Of a DNA stretch of 64,000 nt, positions 27,745 through 37,846 are shown piece after piece. Within the stretch, counting starts at the first letter, position 1. Each line of letters starts with the position of its first letter. Both the position numbers and the translations under genes were made by a program. Origin of the DNA: a virus. Lineage: Duplodnaviria > Caudoviricetes. Location: positions 64,001 to 128,000 of IMG/VR virus record IMGVR_UViG_3300014205_005221. The stretch is one strand, 5' to 3'. The notes under the pieces are model-generated. The model was not told the origin of the DNA. It was given only the letters and a program-made list of their open reading frames with translations, and did no database searches.

Positions 27745-29430
27745 TCACGCCACGCGGCGGTTGAGCGCCTGCGGTGCGATCAGCGCGGAGATTTCTGCCG
27801 GAGACAGCGTGCGGAACAGATCGGACTCCTCTTCCCACACGGCCGACGCCAATGCGGCCTCGGTCTCCAACATCGCCAACGCCCGCTCCTCGTGGGTATC
27901 TGTCGTAAGTAGATTGTGTACGTACACAGCCTGGAAACGAGAGCCCTGACGACGAACCCGACCAGCAAGCTGCTGCATACGTGCTGGGTTCGGCAGCTGA
28001 TCCACGTTCACCAGATGCCGAGCCACCTGCAAGTTCAGCGACTTCTCGATGGCCGAGGTCCCCAACAACACTCGACAGGACGGATCCTCACGAAACCGCT
28101 CCAGGGCGGCGTCACGAACAGCGCCACGGCGTTCCTCGCCCCAGATGACCTCGTACCCAAGCCCTTCGGATTCCATCCGATGTGCGAGCGAACGAAGACC
28201 GTTCTTGTACTGGATGAAAACGACAACCTTCTCGCCCGCGTCGTCTTCAGATTCACCAGCCCAGTCCCCGGTCAGACGGTCGAGCAGCCAATCGAACTTC
28301 ACGGACTTACCCGGACCGTCGGGATCCCCGATTACCGACAGTCCTTCGCAAATCTGCTTCCCGTAGAGCAGCTTGTTCAACGCATTGATCCGCTGGTTCT
28401 CACCGTTGCGCACCATTTCGAGAACACCCTGCTGCAACTCGCGATACTTCTCGCGCTGCAACGGGTGCAACTCCAGAAAAATGTTCGAGGGCACGATCTC
28501 GGGAAGCTCGACATCATCGATTTGCGCCAGCGAACGGCGCAGCACCATCGGCGCGATCTTCTCCCGAAACTCCGGAAGCCGACGAATACCGGTGGTCTCC
28601 ATCTTCGTGCGCTTGACCGGACGTCCGCGCGGACCGTTGACCCAGTAGTCCACCGGCTCCTTGCGAATGTGTCGGCGCTCGAACTCGGTACGCGGACCGA
28701 GCCGGTGCAGCGCTGAACCACCGATCTGGCTCAGCGAGTCATACAGCTCCAGCAGCTTCTTATGCAAAGGCGTGGCGTTGAGCAGGATGATGCGGTCGCA
28801 CGAATTGTTCTCGATGCCCAGCTTCTTGAGCGCGTGCGCCGTCTTCGTCTCGGAGTGCCGCAACGGATCCACGTCATCCATCACCAACGTGGAGATCCCC
28901 AGCTCCTGCAGCTGGTAGTAGTCCTGACGCGCCATCTGGTGACCGATGATCAGAACATCCCACGGCTCGGCATAGCGGTCCGCGCGCTTACGCTGCGAGC
29001 CCTCGGCCAACTCCGTGATCAGACCCGGGACCGCGCGGCGAATCTCGCGCTGCCACTGCCTCATAGCCGTTGGCTCGCACACCACCAGAGCGCGGCCACC
29101 GCCCCGAGGTCGACTCAGCTCGCCGGTCTCGAACAACAGCGCGAACAAACCCGTGATCACGTGAGTCTTGCCGGACCCGACAGGATCAGCGATCAGACCA
29201 CGCTTGACCAGCCAAAGCCACATGACCGCAACCCGCTGGTGACGACGCAGCTTGATGCCGCACGCCCGGCAATACGGGTTCGGATCTGGGTTTTCGGGGG
29301 CGTGCTCTGAGCACGGAGATGAGTTGAACAACGACATCTCTGGCATGCCAGGAATGTCGTAGGAATTGCGGACAATTTCGGCTGCCTCCGCCAGCGCAGC
29401 CGGATTGACCCTATCCAGAACTGAGGGCAC
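27745..29430 (-). CDS. SNF2-family helicase/ATPase
   Basis: ADPVGSGKT, LNATP, KVVVF, LNLQ.A, NPA..QQ..GRVRRQG. Confidence 0.88.
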   Translation of the reverse strand: MPSVLDRVNPAALAEAAEIVRNSYDIPGMPEMSLFNSSPCSEHAPENPDPNPYCRACGIKLRRHQRVAVMWLWLVKRGLIADPVGSGKTHVITGLFALLFETGELSRPRGGGRALVVCEPTAMRQWQREIRRAVPGLITELAEGSQRKRADRYAEPWDVLIIGHQMARQDYYQLQELGISTLVMDDVDPLRHSETKTAHALKKLGIENNSCDRIILLNATPLHKKLLELYDSLSQIGGSALHRLGPRTEFERRHIRKEPVDYWVNGPRGRPVKRTKMETTGIRRLPEFREKIAPMVLRRSLAQIDDVELPEIVPSNIFLELHPLQREKYRELQQGVLEMVRNGENQRINALNKLLYGKQICEGLSVIGDPDGPGKSVKFDWLLDRLTGDWAGESEDDAGEKVVVFIQYKNGLRSLAHRMESEGLGYEVIWGEERRGAVRDAALERFREDPSCRVLLGTSAIEKSLNLQVARHLVNVDQLPNPARMQQLAGRVRRQGSRFQAVYVHNLLTTDTHEERALAMLETEAALASAVWEEESDLFRTLSPAEISALIAPQALNRRVA

Positions 29431-29456
29431 GAAACGCGTCCTTCACTTGCGAGTGG

Positions 29457-29747
29457 TTACTGAATCGCTTGATCAGTCCTACCCGCCGAAGGCAGATCCC
29501 GGACGAACCGAGGGGGCGACCCCCACGTCACGAGAGGCGGTTGAGCTGCAGGTTTGCGGGGTGTCACCACCGCGACCGCATAATTCAAATCCCTAGAGAA
29601 CGCCTGAATTGCCTCAGCAATCAAAGACGTGCGCCAGTCAGCCTTCATGGACATCTCCCCAGTGATGTCTGCCGACAGATCTACCAAGATAGGTGACCTG
29701 ATGAAGGCGGTTAAGGCGACGTGCTCGGTGGCATCCCTGCACCACAC
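29457..29747 (-). CDS. Hypothetical protein
   Basis: Fills the gap; weak support. Confidence 0.35.
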   Translation of the reverse strand: MWCRDATEHVALTAFIRSPILVDLSADITGEMSMKADWRTSLIAEAIQAFSRDLNYAVAVVTPRKPAAQPPLVTWGSPPRFVRDLPSAGRTDQAIQ

Positions 29748-29784
29748 CGCTGCGGGACAGATTAACCCCTCGGCACGCGAACTC

Positions 29785-30219
29785 CTACCTCAACCTCCGT
29801 TCCGGCCAAGGAACCGCGTGACCAGCAGAGATCATGAGCTGAGACATGTCTTCGCCGTCAATCCACACCTTTGACAGACGCTTATCGAAATTCCAGCCTC
29901 CAATGTCGACAACGAAATCTCCGCATCTATGCAGGCAGTCCACCGTCCACTGTTGAGCCACCGCGCCCTTGGGCGTCGACAGACCCGGAGCATCACAACC
30001 GGACAACCGCAACCACGGCCAGAAACCCACACCCTGCTCGTCATCGGCAATGAGCACCACGCGGAACGTGTCCGCATCATGCACGTCGACCAGCGACAGC
30101 ACTCCGCCGACGAACAGACCGTGGTAGCGAGAGATCTGCGGTGTCTCCGGATGCCGAGAGTTCCTGCGAAACGCGGGAAACCGGCGCGTGACATCTACAG
30201 CGGGAAGCGGCCAGGTCAC
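29785..30219 (-). CDS. Thermonuclease (SNase-like)
   Basis: VHDADTF, RLSGCDAP and MISAGHA motifs. Confidence 0.7.
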   Translation of the reverse strand: MTWPLPAVDVTRRFPAFRRNSRHPETPQISRYHGLFVGGVLSLVDVHDADTFRVVLIADDEQGVGFWPWLRLSGCDAPGLSTPKGAVAQQWTVDCLHRCGDFVVDIGGWNFDKRLSKVWIDGEDMSQLMISAGHAVPWPERRLR

Positions 30220-30914
30220 GTCGGGATCCGACCGTACTCTGTCATTGTTGAATACACCTTGTGAATCCCCACCGTTGTACCCGGCTGGGGGGCATCGATC
30301 ATCACGCCGCCCCCCAGATAAATGCCGACGTGCCCAGGCCCGTACACCAGGTCTCCGGCACGAGCCGCCGAGCGCGAGATCGGTGTTGTCCAACTACGGA
30401 GGGTCAAAGATGTTCGGTATGTGTTTGTCAACCCCGCCTGCTTGAGCACGAGATACACCAGACCAGAGCAATCAACACCGGAACGCGCCTTGCCGCCCCA
30501 GCGGTACGGCACACCGATGTAGGTCTTCGCGATGGCAACAATCCCCGCCACGCCTGCAACCTGCTCGACCAGCCCACCCACCAGACCCGGATCAGCGGCT
30601 GTAGGCGGCGCTGTGGAGGTTCGCGGGGGAGCAGACGACGTAGCAGAAGCCGTCGGCGTGACGAACTTCTGAGGGATCTCAGCGGGCTCCGCTGGAATGA
30701 CCACAGGAGTCAAAGATGTGGTGTCCGCCAACGATTGCGACGGCACGGCAGCAAGCCCGATCGGCACCGTGGTCGAAGTGTCAGCGGGAGAAGTGACAGC
30801 TCGAAATGCGCCGGAATCGGACACGACCAAGCCGCCAGCTGCAGCGATGGCAGCAGCGGTGGTCAAAAGCTTCTTGTTGGAGTGCGCGGGCGGTTTGCGG
30901 TGACGTCCAGCCAT
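30216..30914 (-). CDS. Secreted NlpC/P60 (C40) peptidase
   Basis: PYRWGG...DCSGLV...GDLVY..GHVGIYLG; signal-peptide-like N-terminus MAGRHRK. Confidence 0.9.
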   Translation of the reverse strand: MAGRHRKPPAHSNKKLLTTAAAIAAAGGLVVSDSGAFRAVTSPADTSTTVPIGLAAVPSQSLADTTSLTPVVIPAEPAEIPQKFVTPTASATSSAPPRTSTAPPTAADPGLVGGLVEQVAGVAGIVAIAKTYIGVPYRWGGKARSGVDCSGLVYLVLKQAGLTNTYRTSLTLRSWTTPISRSAARAGDLVYGPGHVGIYLGGGVMIDAPQPGTTVGIHKVYSTMTEYGRIPT

Positions 30915-30951
30915 GCGTGACTACCTCTAGTCATGGCCCGACGTCCAGCGC

Positions 30952-31680
30952 TCAGTTCGGCCTGTGGTCCTTCAAGCGGCGGGTGCGCGCCGCTTCACGG
31001 TCTTTCATCTTCATCAACCACTCTGGAGGGGGAGTAGCTCCAAAGTACGTGTTGATCTTTCCGCCCTCATAGTTGAGGACGTAACCGCCCTTGGCGATCT
31101 GGAAAGGCTTCCGCAACTTTCCCATGTAGTCGAACTTGTCGCCTCGCGAAACAACCGGGGAGAAAAAGTCTGGCAGGACGAAGTTCGAGACCGACACACC
31201 ATCAATTGTGTAAAAGTCGCTCTGCACGGGGTCACAGACCTCAGTAGCGACCAGCCACCCCTTGCCTGAATCCGACCAGCCCGAGCAGGACGGATTCACC
31301 AGCATCTCGCACACCTCATGCGAGACGATCGTCGACACCGACAGCTTCCCTGTCAGAATCTTTGACCCGGCATCGAGCACCGTGCCGACACCTACAATAC
31401 CAGTAATTACGTCGCCTTCAAGCTCCGTGTGATATCCCAGAGCATTAGACTCGTCACTCACCGATACCAGACGGAGAACCCAGTCTCCCTTGCCCGGCTT
31501 CTGACCCGGGTTAAGCACCATGACTGGACTGGGCAGCAGACGGTATGCGGGCGCCAGATGAGCCTGCACCTGCGTATGACAGGCGCGGGCCATCCGAGCT
31601 ACATCATTGTCCGTCACAAGATCTGTCTCACGAGACAGATACAGGACCGGACCTACAGTCTGGTAGGAAAGGTTGCCCAC
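30952..31680 (-). CDS. Putative zinc metallopeptidase
   Basis: LGYH, SHEVCEMLVNP, EVCDPV motifs. Confidence 0.55.
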   Translation of the reverse strand: MGNLSYQTVGPVLYLSRETDLVTDNDVARMARACHTQVQAHLAPAYRLLPSPVMVLNPGQKPGKGDWVLRLVSVSDESNALGYHTELEGDVITGIVGVGTVLDAGSKILTGKLSVSTIVSHEVCEMLVNPSCSGWSDSGKGWLVATEVCDPVQSDFYTIDGVSVSNFVLPDFFSPVVSRGDKFDYMGKLRKPFQIAKGGYVLNYEGGKINTYFGATPPPEWLMKMKDREAARTRRLKDHRPN

Positions 31681-31934
31681 TACCCAGTCTTCGCCGGAAC
31701 CTTGCCGTTGGTCTCCGGCTTGGCCTCAGCAACCTCGGCGGCCAACTCAGGTGCGACTGCAGACTCCGCCTCATCAGTGCTCAGACCAAGCACGTCAGCC
31801 TTGGACTCCAGGTAAGCCACGAGCTGCTGGTATTGCGCTCGAACGATAGACAGGTTTTTAGCAGACTCAGCCAGCTGGTGCGCCAGGTCAGCAAGAGCAA
31901 CATCAGCAATACTGGGCGCTTCATTCTCGGCCAC
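31680..31934 (-). CDS. Small coiled-coil protein (possible tail fibre chaperone)
   Basis: Follows the tail fibre gene; GGAGGAG RBS. Confidence 0.6.
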   Translation of the reverse strand: MAENEAPSIADVALADLAHQLAESAKNLSIVRAQYQQLVAYLESKADVLGLSTDEAESAVAPELAAEVAEAKPETNGKVPAKTG

Positions 31935-31981
31935 GAAAGCTCCTCCAGGGAATCAGAACAACACGGCAATGTTCGGCAAGG

Positions 31982-34900
31982 CTACGCAGCAGGCTTCAAA
32001 TCATTGACATCCCTGCGGAGCTTTCGAAGCTCCTGTTCCTGCTCTCGACACACCTGCCACAAAAATCCCACAAAGTCCCGGATGTCGATGCCGAGACCAC
32101 CCTCAATAGCAGGAGCATCCCTCACCAACTCAGGAAGAACAGCCTGCACATCCTCGGCAATCGGGAAAAAGTGCGGCTTGTGAATTGGCTCATCTAAAGC
32201 GTCAGATTCTACAATTTCATATACAGGAGCCTTGGTCTCCACATCCAAGACAGGCATTCCCTTTTGATCCCGCTTGGCAATACGCTGACGAACTTTACGT
32301 TTTGCGGGAACAGCTTCACCGGGAACACGCTCGTTCTTGTAATTCCACTGCTTAGACTCAACCGCCATAAGACCCTCGCGGGCGCTGGCAACATTTTCAA
32401 AAGAAATCTTCTTCTCGTTCTTCTTGGAACCACGACCCGAAGGCGCATTCCAATATGCAGCATATCCACCGCGCAAAACCGAGTAGTTTTCGTTTCCGTA
32501 CAAAAACATCTCAGTGTTGGTAGAAAGAAGAATACCAACGTTACCCGAAATACCATGTAAGAACGGGCCTGAAGTGGAAGGACGAACAATCAATGTTCCC
32601 TGGCTGACAACAGCACCGCCAGAGGTGCGTCGAGAAAAACCGATAGTGCCGTTACCCGACACCTGCTGGCCTTCGAGGTTAACCTCACCACCCCAAATGT
32701 TCATGTCATCACCGAACGCAGAACACGCAGTACGCGTAACACCGTTCAACTGATTAGCAATAAACGCCTCACCCGGGTAGCAACCCACAGCTCCCAGTCG
32801 ACCACTAATGGTCTGCGAACGAATGATGCAAGACGCCCCGCTACCAATACCAGCAGGCTCAGCAGAAATAGTGCAGTAGTTTGTATTGTCCTGGTAAAAA
32901 CGAATAGCGTCAGGAGCAGAGCTGCCAGGGTTAATAACAATACGAGTTCCTGTAGAAGCTGTTGTCAGCTCTCCCATAAAGAACGCGCTACCGTTAGTGG
33001 AGTTCAAAAAGAATGTACGAACACCAGCCGCAGTAAACGCCTGCAAGCCAGTACCCGCCGTCATTTCCACCCGAGCGCCGGTGGCAGCAGCACCCGCGAT
33101 GATTCGAGACGACAACACCAGGTCAGCCTGAAGCTTGTCCGCCGTGATCAGACGAGCCGTAAGGTTTGTAGTAGTAATTGTATCAGCGGCAATATTTGTA
33201 CCAGTAATAGTAGCAGCGGCGATTTCAGTAGCAGTCAGAGTCGCTGTCGCAATCTTATCCGCAAGAATAGATCGCGCAGTAATTGCATTACCATTAATGG
33301 TGTTCGCCAGAATCTGATCACCATTGATTTGATTACCCTCAATGATGTTACCGACGATCCGGCCACCTTGGATATACGTACCGAAGATGCGGCCTGCAAA
33401 GAACGATGCTGACGTCAGCGAACCGCCCACGATGGCACCCGACACCGCCGTACCTAACGTGGGCGAGATGCGCGTGACGATGGTGTCCTGCGCACGCACA
33501 GACGCCGATTTGGCCTCCAGGCCCTCCCAAGAGCAGCCCGGCTCACCGCCCGCACAGAACGGCGTGGCGATCTCACGATCCGCCTCCACCTGCACACCGG
33601 ACCACCAGATAGGTGACACCGTGATGCGATTCTGCCGAGCCTGATCTTTGGACGGGTTATGCAAGCGGACCTTGTCCATCACGCCGGTGCACTGCACCTG
33701 CACGCGGGTCCACTGATTCGGCACCACAGGCGTAGCCGACGATGTGCCGCGTCCGAGATTGAGCGTGGAGTCCCGGCCCTCGATCTGCACCCAGCACGCG
33801 ACATCCGACCACACGTAGATCGACAGCAGGTTGTCGAGGGTGTCCGGGATCGGAACCGGGATCAGCGACGACGTCGAGATGCCAGGAGAGCCATCCCACT
33901 GGTAGCCCTCGGAGTCGCCGTCGAAGAATGCGCGGATCGCGGATGTCTGCTCATACAGCACATCCGAAACCTGCAACGTGTCAGTATTGTTGAGCGTCGG
34001 AGCATAAATCTCCAGCTTGGCCGTCACCGCATTCGAGGGTGCGACCTTCACCAGTCCGATCTGCATGACACGGTTGGCGAACAGCGAGAACAGCGACGAC
34101 GAATCTGTCTGAATCACCTCGCTGGTGACGTCGAACCACACGATGCGCGCCTGAACGTACTGCGCCACCGACGCGCGGACCGAACACGAGAACGCCCACT
34201 GCGACAGCCCTGACACCGCGAGCGACGTCGCACGCATCGCAGCCGGGCCGGTGCTGGTCGCCTGCAGCTGCGCGGCGTGAGACTTCACAAAGCCGAGAAC
34301 GGACTCACGAGTGAAGTTCTGGTACGCCACGGGGGACTGCGGAGTGCTAATAGTAAACGTGACATTGTCAATCCAGACAGTGTCAGATCCACCAGTAGTC
34401 GCAGCGTTCTTGATGTAAGTAAATGTAATGTTCTGACCCGGGACCACGGCGTACGCAGCGGACTGGGTCCACACCGCCGATGTACCGGACGCCTGCATCT
34501 GCTGTACACCATTGACGGCAAAACGGAAGAAGTCGTTGACCTCGGACGAGACGCGATACCAGAACTGCACCTGCGTGGCGTTGGCGGGCACCACGAACGT
34601 CGCCACCGAGGACGCGCTGTTACCGATGGTCGACGCCTTGAAACACCACGACCCGGACTGCGGAGTGGTGTTCACCCGCGTCCACGGACCGCTGATCGTG
34701 GTCACATATGTGGTGTCTTCAAAGTCCTCGGTCAGCGACGTGATAACCGGCGGAACAGGGTACAGCGGGGACGACTGCTCCCACCCCGACAGCGTGGTGT
34801 CGAGACCTGGGTTCGTGCTCTTGTTGTAGCGAGTGGCCGCAGGAGAGGTGCCCGTGCCGACCGTGTTCTTGAACGGCACATCGACATACGACGGAGCCGC

Positions 34901-36700
34901 AGGGTTCGGGTTGGTGCCACGGAATTTGACCGCGTACTCACCCGCAAAAACATGGCGCTGATCGTCGTATGCCTCACCCGCAACCGCCGTCTCACACTCG
35001 GAGCTTCCGATGAAGCCCGGGTTGAACGCGAGGTTGCGGGTGGCGCCAGCGATGAACTGAATGCCGTCCTGGGAATTCAAGCTCATGCGAGCGCCGTCGA
35101 TGAGCGAGTCCAGCTGGAACTCACCGAGCGGGGACAAATAGCCGGTGCGCTCTCCGGTCAGTCCGAACAGCTCAATACCGTTCGCGGCATCGAACTCCAG
35201 GCGCTCACCCGTGTCACCGGTACGAAGGGTGAAGCCGCCAGGAGTGAACTCCGCCAACGGCGTGTTGAACGCGTTGTAGGAACGGATACCCGACGAGTCG
35301 ATCTGGATGCGCTCATCGAGAATCTCAGAGACGTCGGTCGGGCCGAGGTAGATGTGTCCAGACGGGCCCATGAAGACCTCGTCCGCATTGAGCGTGCCCG
35401 AGACCAGCTTGCCGACACCCAGCGATGCGACCACCCGGTCGATGACCGAGCCGTCGGCCAGCGCGACCTCACCGACCGCTCCCGCAGCGATAGCCGCAGC
35501 CACCACAGCACCCGGGCTCAGCTCGGTCGAGGTGATCGACGCGTTCTTGATGTTGTAGCCGTAGACGGTCTCCGCCGCGATGTTGCCCACGCCAGGACCG
35601 TTCCCGCCGGTGATCGTGTCATACGCGATCTGGGTGCCGATGAGACCGGACGCCGCCGAGGTCACCACGCGATCGGTGCCAATGTACATCCGGTCCGACT
35701 CTGCCAACGAGCCGCGCAACACCGGACCACCGGTACCGAGCTGCAGCTCCGCCTTGTTGACGTCGGAGACGCCCTCCAGGATCACCCGGTTGGGGTGCGC
35801 CGGAAGGTCGGTGCGGATGTGGGCGGCGCCGCCGAGCTTTGCTGTGTAGCTCGACGGGAACACCGGCTCCGCCGCGAACGTGGCGATACCCGAGACACCC
35901 AGCGCCGAGAGCAGGAACGAATCTCCGGCGACCTGAACGCCCGCCAGGAAGTTGCCCTGGTTCGTAACCGTGAGCGCACCCTGGATGGCCAGAGAGCCCG
36001 CTGTGCCAGAGTTACCAGCCAGGGACGAGATCGATCCGCCGAACGTAGCGTTGCCAGAGCCGTCGACGGAGAACAGCAGCTGACCGTTGGTCTTCTCCGC
36101 GAGGATCGCTCCACCGCCACCACGCAGACGCAGCACCGTGTCATTGCCAGCGGTCTGCATAGACACAGCGGAAGCCGCAAGATCCGTACCGATAGACACA
36201 TGCGTGCTGTCCACCCGGAACCGCTGCACGCCGTCTCGGAGAACGCGGAAAACATCGCCCGCATGATCGAAATCGACATCAAGCGTCAGAGCGGGAGATG
36301 CGGGAGAAGCTCCGTAAAGCTTCATCGACGTGATGGCATCGATGAAGTCCGCGAACTTCGACCCCGTCACCGCGCCAGCCGCCAGCTCCAGCTCGGTCAC
36401 CGAATTCGACGCCAGCTCATCGGTGGTGACGGTGTTGAGCATGAGCTTCTCGCCGGGGATGGAGCGATCATCGATCGACCCGCCATCACCGCCACCGGTG
36501 GGCTCCGCCGACGCGACGAGCAGCGTGGTCTCTTCGTCGACCTTGATGTACGCCTTCTTCTCATCCGTGCGAATCCACAGCAGACCGAGATCCGGAGCTG
36601 CAGGGTCGGATGAGAACCGAGGATTCAACGGCGTGCGCTGCGCGCCGGACTTCGCCAGCGACATGAGCCGCTTGATGGACTCAGCCTGCGGATCAATCAT
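31982..36700 (-). CDS. Tail fibre / receptor-binding protein with carbohydrate-binding modules and C-terminal S74-like chaperone
   Basis: ITADKL-type repeats, NP...CBM segments, PS....KKN...IAEDVQAVLPELV...coiled coil. Confidence 0.85.
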   Translation of the reverse strand: MIDPQAESIKRLMSLAKSGAQRTPLNPRFSSDPAAPDLGLLWIRTDEKKAYIKVDEETTLLVASAEPTGGGDGGSIDDRSIPGEKLMLNTVTTDELASNSVTELELAAGAVTGSKFADFIDAITSMKLYGASPASPALTLDVDFDHAGDVFRVLRDGVQRFRVDSTHVSIGTDLAASAVSMQTAGNDTVLRLRGGGGAILAEKTNGQLLFSVDGSGNATFGGSISSLAGNSGTAGSLAIQGALTVTNQGNFLAGVQVAGDSFLLSALGVSGIATFAAEPVFPSSYTAKLGGAAHIRTDLPAHPNRVILEGVSDVNKAELQLGTGGPVLRGSLAESDRMYIGTDRVVTSAASGLIGTQIAYDTITGGNGPGVGNIAAETVYGYNIKNASITSTELSPGAVVAAAIAAGAVGEVALADGSVIDRVVASLGVGKLVSGTLNADEVFMGPSGHIYLGPTDVSEILDERIQIDSSGIRSYNAFNTPLAEFTPGGFTLRTGDTGERLEFDAANGIELFGLTGERTGYLSPLGEFQLDSLIDGARMSLNSQDGIQFIAGATRNLAFNPGFIGSSECETAVAGEAYDDQRHVFAGEYAVKFRGTNPNPAAPSYVDVPFKNTVGTGTSPAATRYNKSTNPGLDTTLSGWEQSSPLYPVPPVITSLTEDFEDTTYVTTISGPWTRVNTTPQSGSWCFKASTIGNSASSVATFVVPANATQVQFWYRVSSEVNDFFRFAVNGVQQMQASGTSAVWTQSAAYAVVPGQNITFTYIKNAATTGGSDTVWIDNVTFTISTPQSPVAYQNFTRESVLGFVKSHAAQLQATSTGPAAMRATSLAVSGLSQWAFSCSVRASVAQYVQARIVWFDVTSEVIQTDSSSLFSLFANRVMQIGLVKVAPSNAVTAKLEIYAPTLNNTDTLQVSDVLYEQTSAIRAFFDGDSEGYQWDGSPGISTSSLIPVPIPDTLDNLLSIYVWSDVACWVQIEGRDSTLNLGRGTSSATPVVPNQWTRVQVQCTGVMDKVRLHNPSKDQARQNRITVSPIWWSGVQVEADREIATPFCAGGEPGCSWEGLEAKSASVRAQDTIVTRISPTLGTAVSGAIVGGSLTSASFFAGRIFGTYIQGGRIVGNIIEGNQINGDQILANTINGNAITARSILADKIATATLTATEIAAATITGTNIAADTITTTNLTARLITADKLQADLVLSSRIIAGAAATGARVEMTAGTGLQAFTAAGVRTFFLNSTNGSAFFMGELTTASTGTRIVINPGSSAPDAIRFYQDNTNYCTISAEPAGIGSGASCIIRSQTISGRLGAVGCYPGEAFIANQLNGVTRTACSAFGDDMNIWGGEVNLEGQQVSGNGTIGFSRRTSGGAVVSQGTLIVRPSTSGPFLHGISGNVGILLSTNTEMFLYGNENYSVLRGGYAAYWNAPSGRGSKKNEKKISFENVASAREGLMAVESKQWNYKNERVPGEAVPAKRKVRQRIAKRDQKGMPVLDVETKAPVYEIVESDALDEPIHKPHFFPIAEDVQAVLPELVRDAPAIEGGLGIDIRDFVGFLWQVCREQEQELRKLRRDVNDLKPAA

Positions 36701-37827
36701 GTTGTACTCACTGACGTGTCATCCAGCTTGGACTCGAAGTCAATCTTGACGGTCTCCGCGCCCGGCGAATCCGCCGAACCGTTGGGAACCGACACGGTGA
36801 TCTTTTCAACGCTGAAGTCACCATCTACGTGCACATAGCCGTCGTCGATCGAAACGTGACACTGATGCCCGGGGCGGAGCACACCGAGCACGGGATCGCT
36901 TCCCGCCTGCATGGTCACCGACGGCTGCGACGGCGAACCCGACAGCCGCTTGAGCTGGTTCACCGCCAGGTTGAGCACTCCCTCGTCACCGAGCAGCTCG
37001 CGGTTCTCGATGGACGACTCGATGCGCGGCTGTCGGGCCAGTGCGTCATCATTTTGAGCGGTGCGGCGCAGCATGGCCTCGTTGTCGAAGCCGCCGAAAC
37101 CATCGACGAAGTTCGGGGACGGAGACAGCGGAGTCCAGTCGTAGTCATCGACGTTGCCTCCATAAATGAGCCGATGCGGTGTCGGAATCGGGTGCACCGC
37201 GTCGATGACCAGCCGGAAGCCGAGAACGTTGCCCGGCTGCCACTCACCCTCGATGCGGAAAGAGAACGCCGGGTTCATCTTCAGCAGCGTCTCGGCGGTC
37301 TCCACCACGCCCTTGTTCTCCCACCACGGGACCTTGTAGGACTGTGGCGGGCCGCCGACGGTCTCAGAGCCGATGGACACGCCCAGATCCCCCGCCGGAC
37401 CCATCTGCGCGTATGTCAAAAGATTGCGGAGCATGAAACCGCGATCCTGGTTGATCCAGTCGAGAGTCTGTCGCACCCGGCGATGCCCGAAGATCGACCA
37501 GACCTCCTGCGCTACGACATTCAGATTCTTGCCCGAACGCGTGGGCTGCCACAGGAACCCGCACCAGAACGGCTTGCCCAGCCGCTCAACCACCAGGTAG
37601 GTCTCCTGCGCCTTGAGGTAGCGCGTATTCGGATCATAAAGATCTAAAGTAGCACCGAACTCGCCTGCGACATTGTTCTGAAACGTGTACCCAACGTCAG
37701 CAAACTTGAACTCATGTGTGATACGACGAGACGCAAAATCGACCGCGAGATACCGCGTTCCCCGGCTGCGGTTCTGCGCAGCCACACGTACGGCATACGG
37801 ATCGTCAATAATCGTAGAATCTGGCAT
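36697..37827 (-). CDS. Minor tail protein (Gp37/Tal-like)
   Basis: Position after Dit; VVER.G..FWCG motif. Confidence 0.75.
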   Translation of the reverse strand: MPDSTIIDDPYAVRVAAQNRSRGTRYLAVDFASRRITHEFKFADVGYTFQNNVAGEFGATLDLYDPNTRYLKAQETYLVVERLGKPFWCGFLWQPTRSGKNLNVVAQEVWSIFGHRRVRQTLDWINQDRGFMLRNLLTYAQMGPAGDLGVSIGSETVGGPPQSYKVPWWENKGVVETAETLLKMNPAFSFRIEGEWQPGNVLGFRLVIDAVHPIPTPHRLIYGGNVDDYDWTPLSPSPNFVDGFGGFDNEAMLRRTAQNDDALARQPRIESSIENRELLGDEGVLNLAVNQLKRLSGSPSQPSVTMQAGSDPVLGVLRPGHQCHVSIDDGYVHVDGDFSVEKITVSVPNGSADSPGAETVKIDFESKLDDTSVSTT

Positions 37828-37846
37828 TAGATGCTCTCTACTCAGC

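Noticed and set aside
30276-30283. GGGTACAA copy inside the NlpC/P60 gene
   Set aside because: Intragenic, with no start codon at +7; may be chance or a leadered promoter, so not counted
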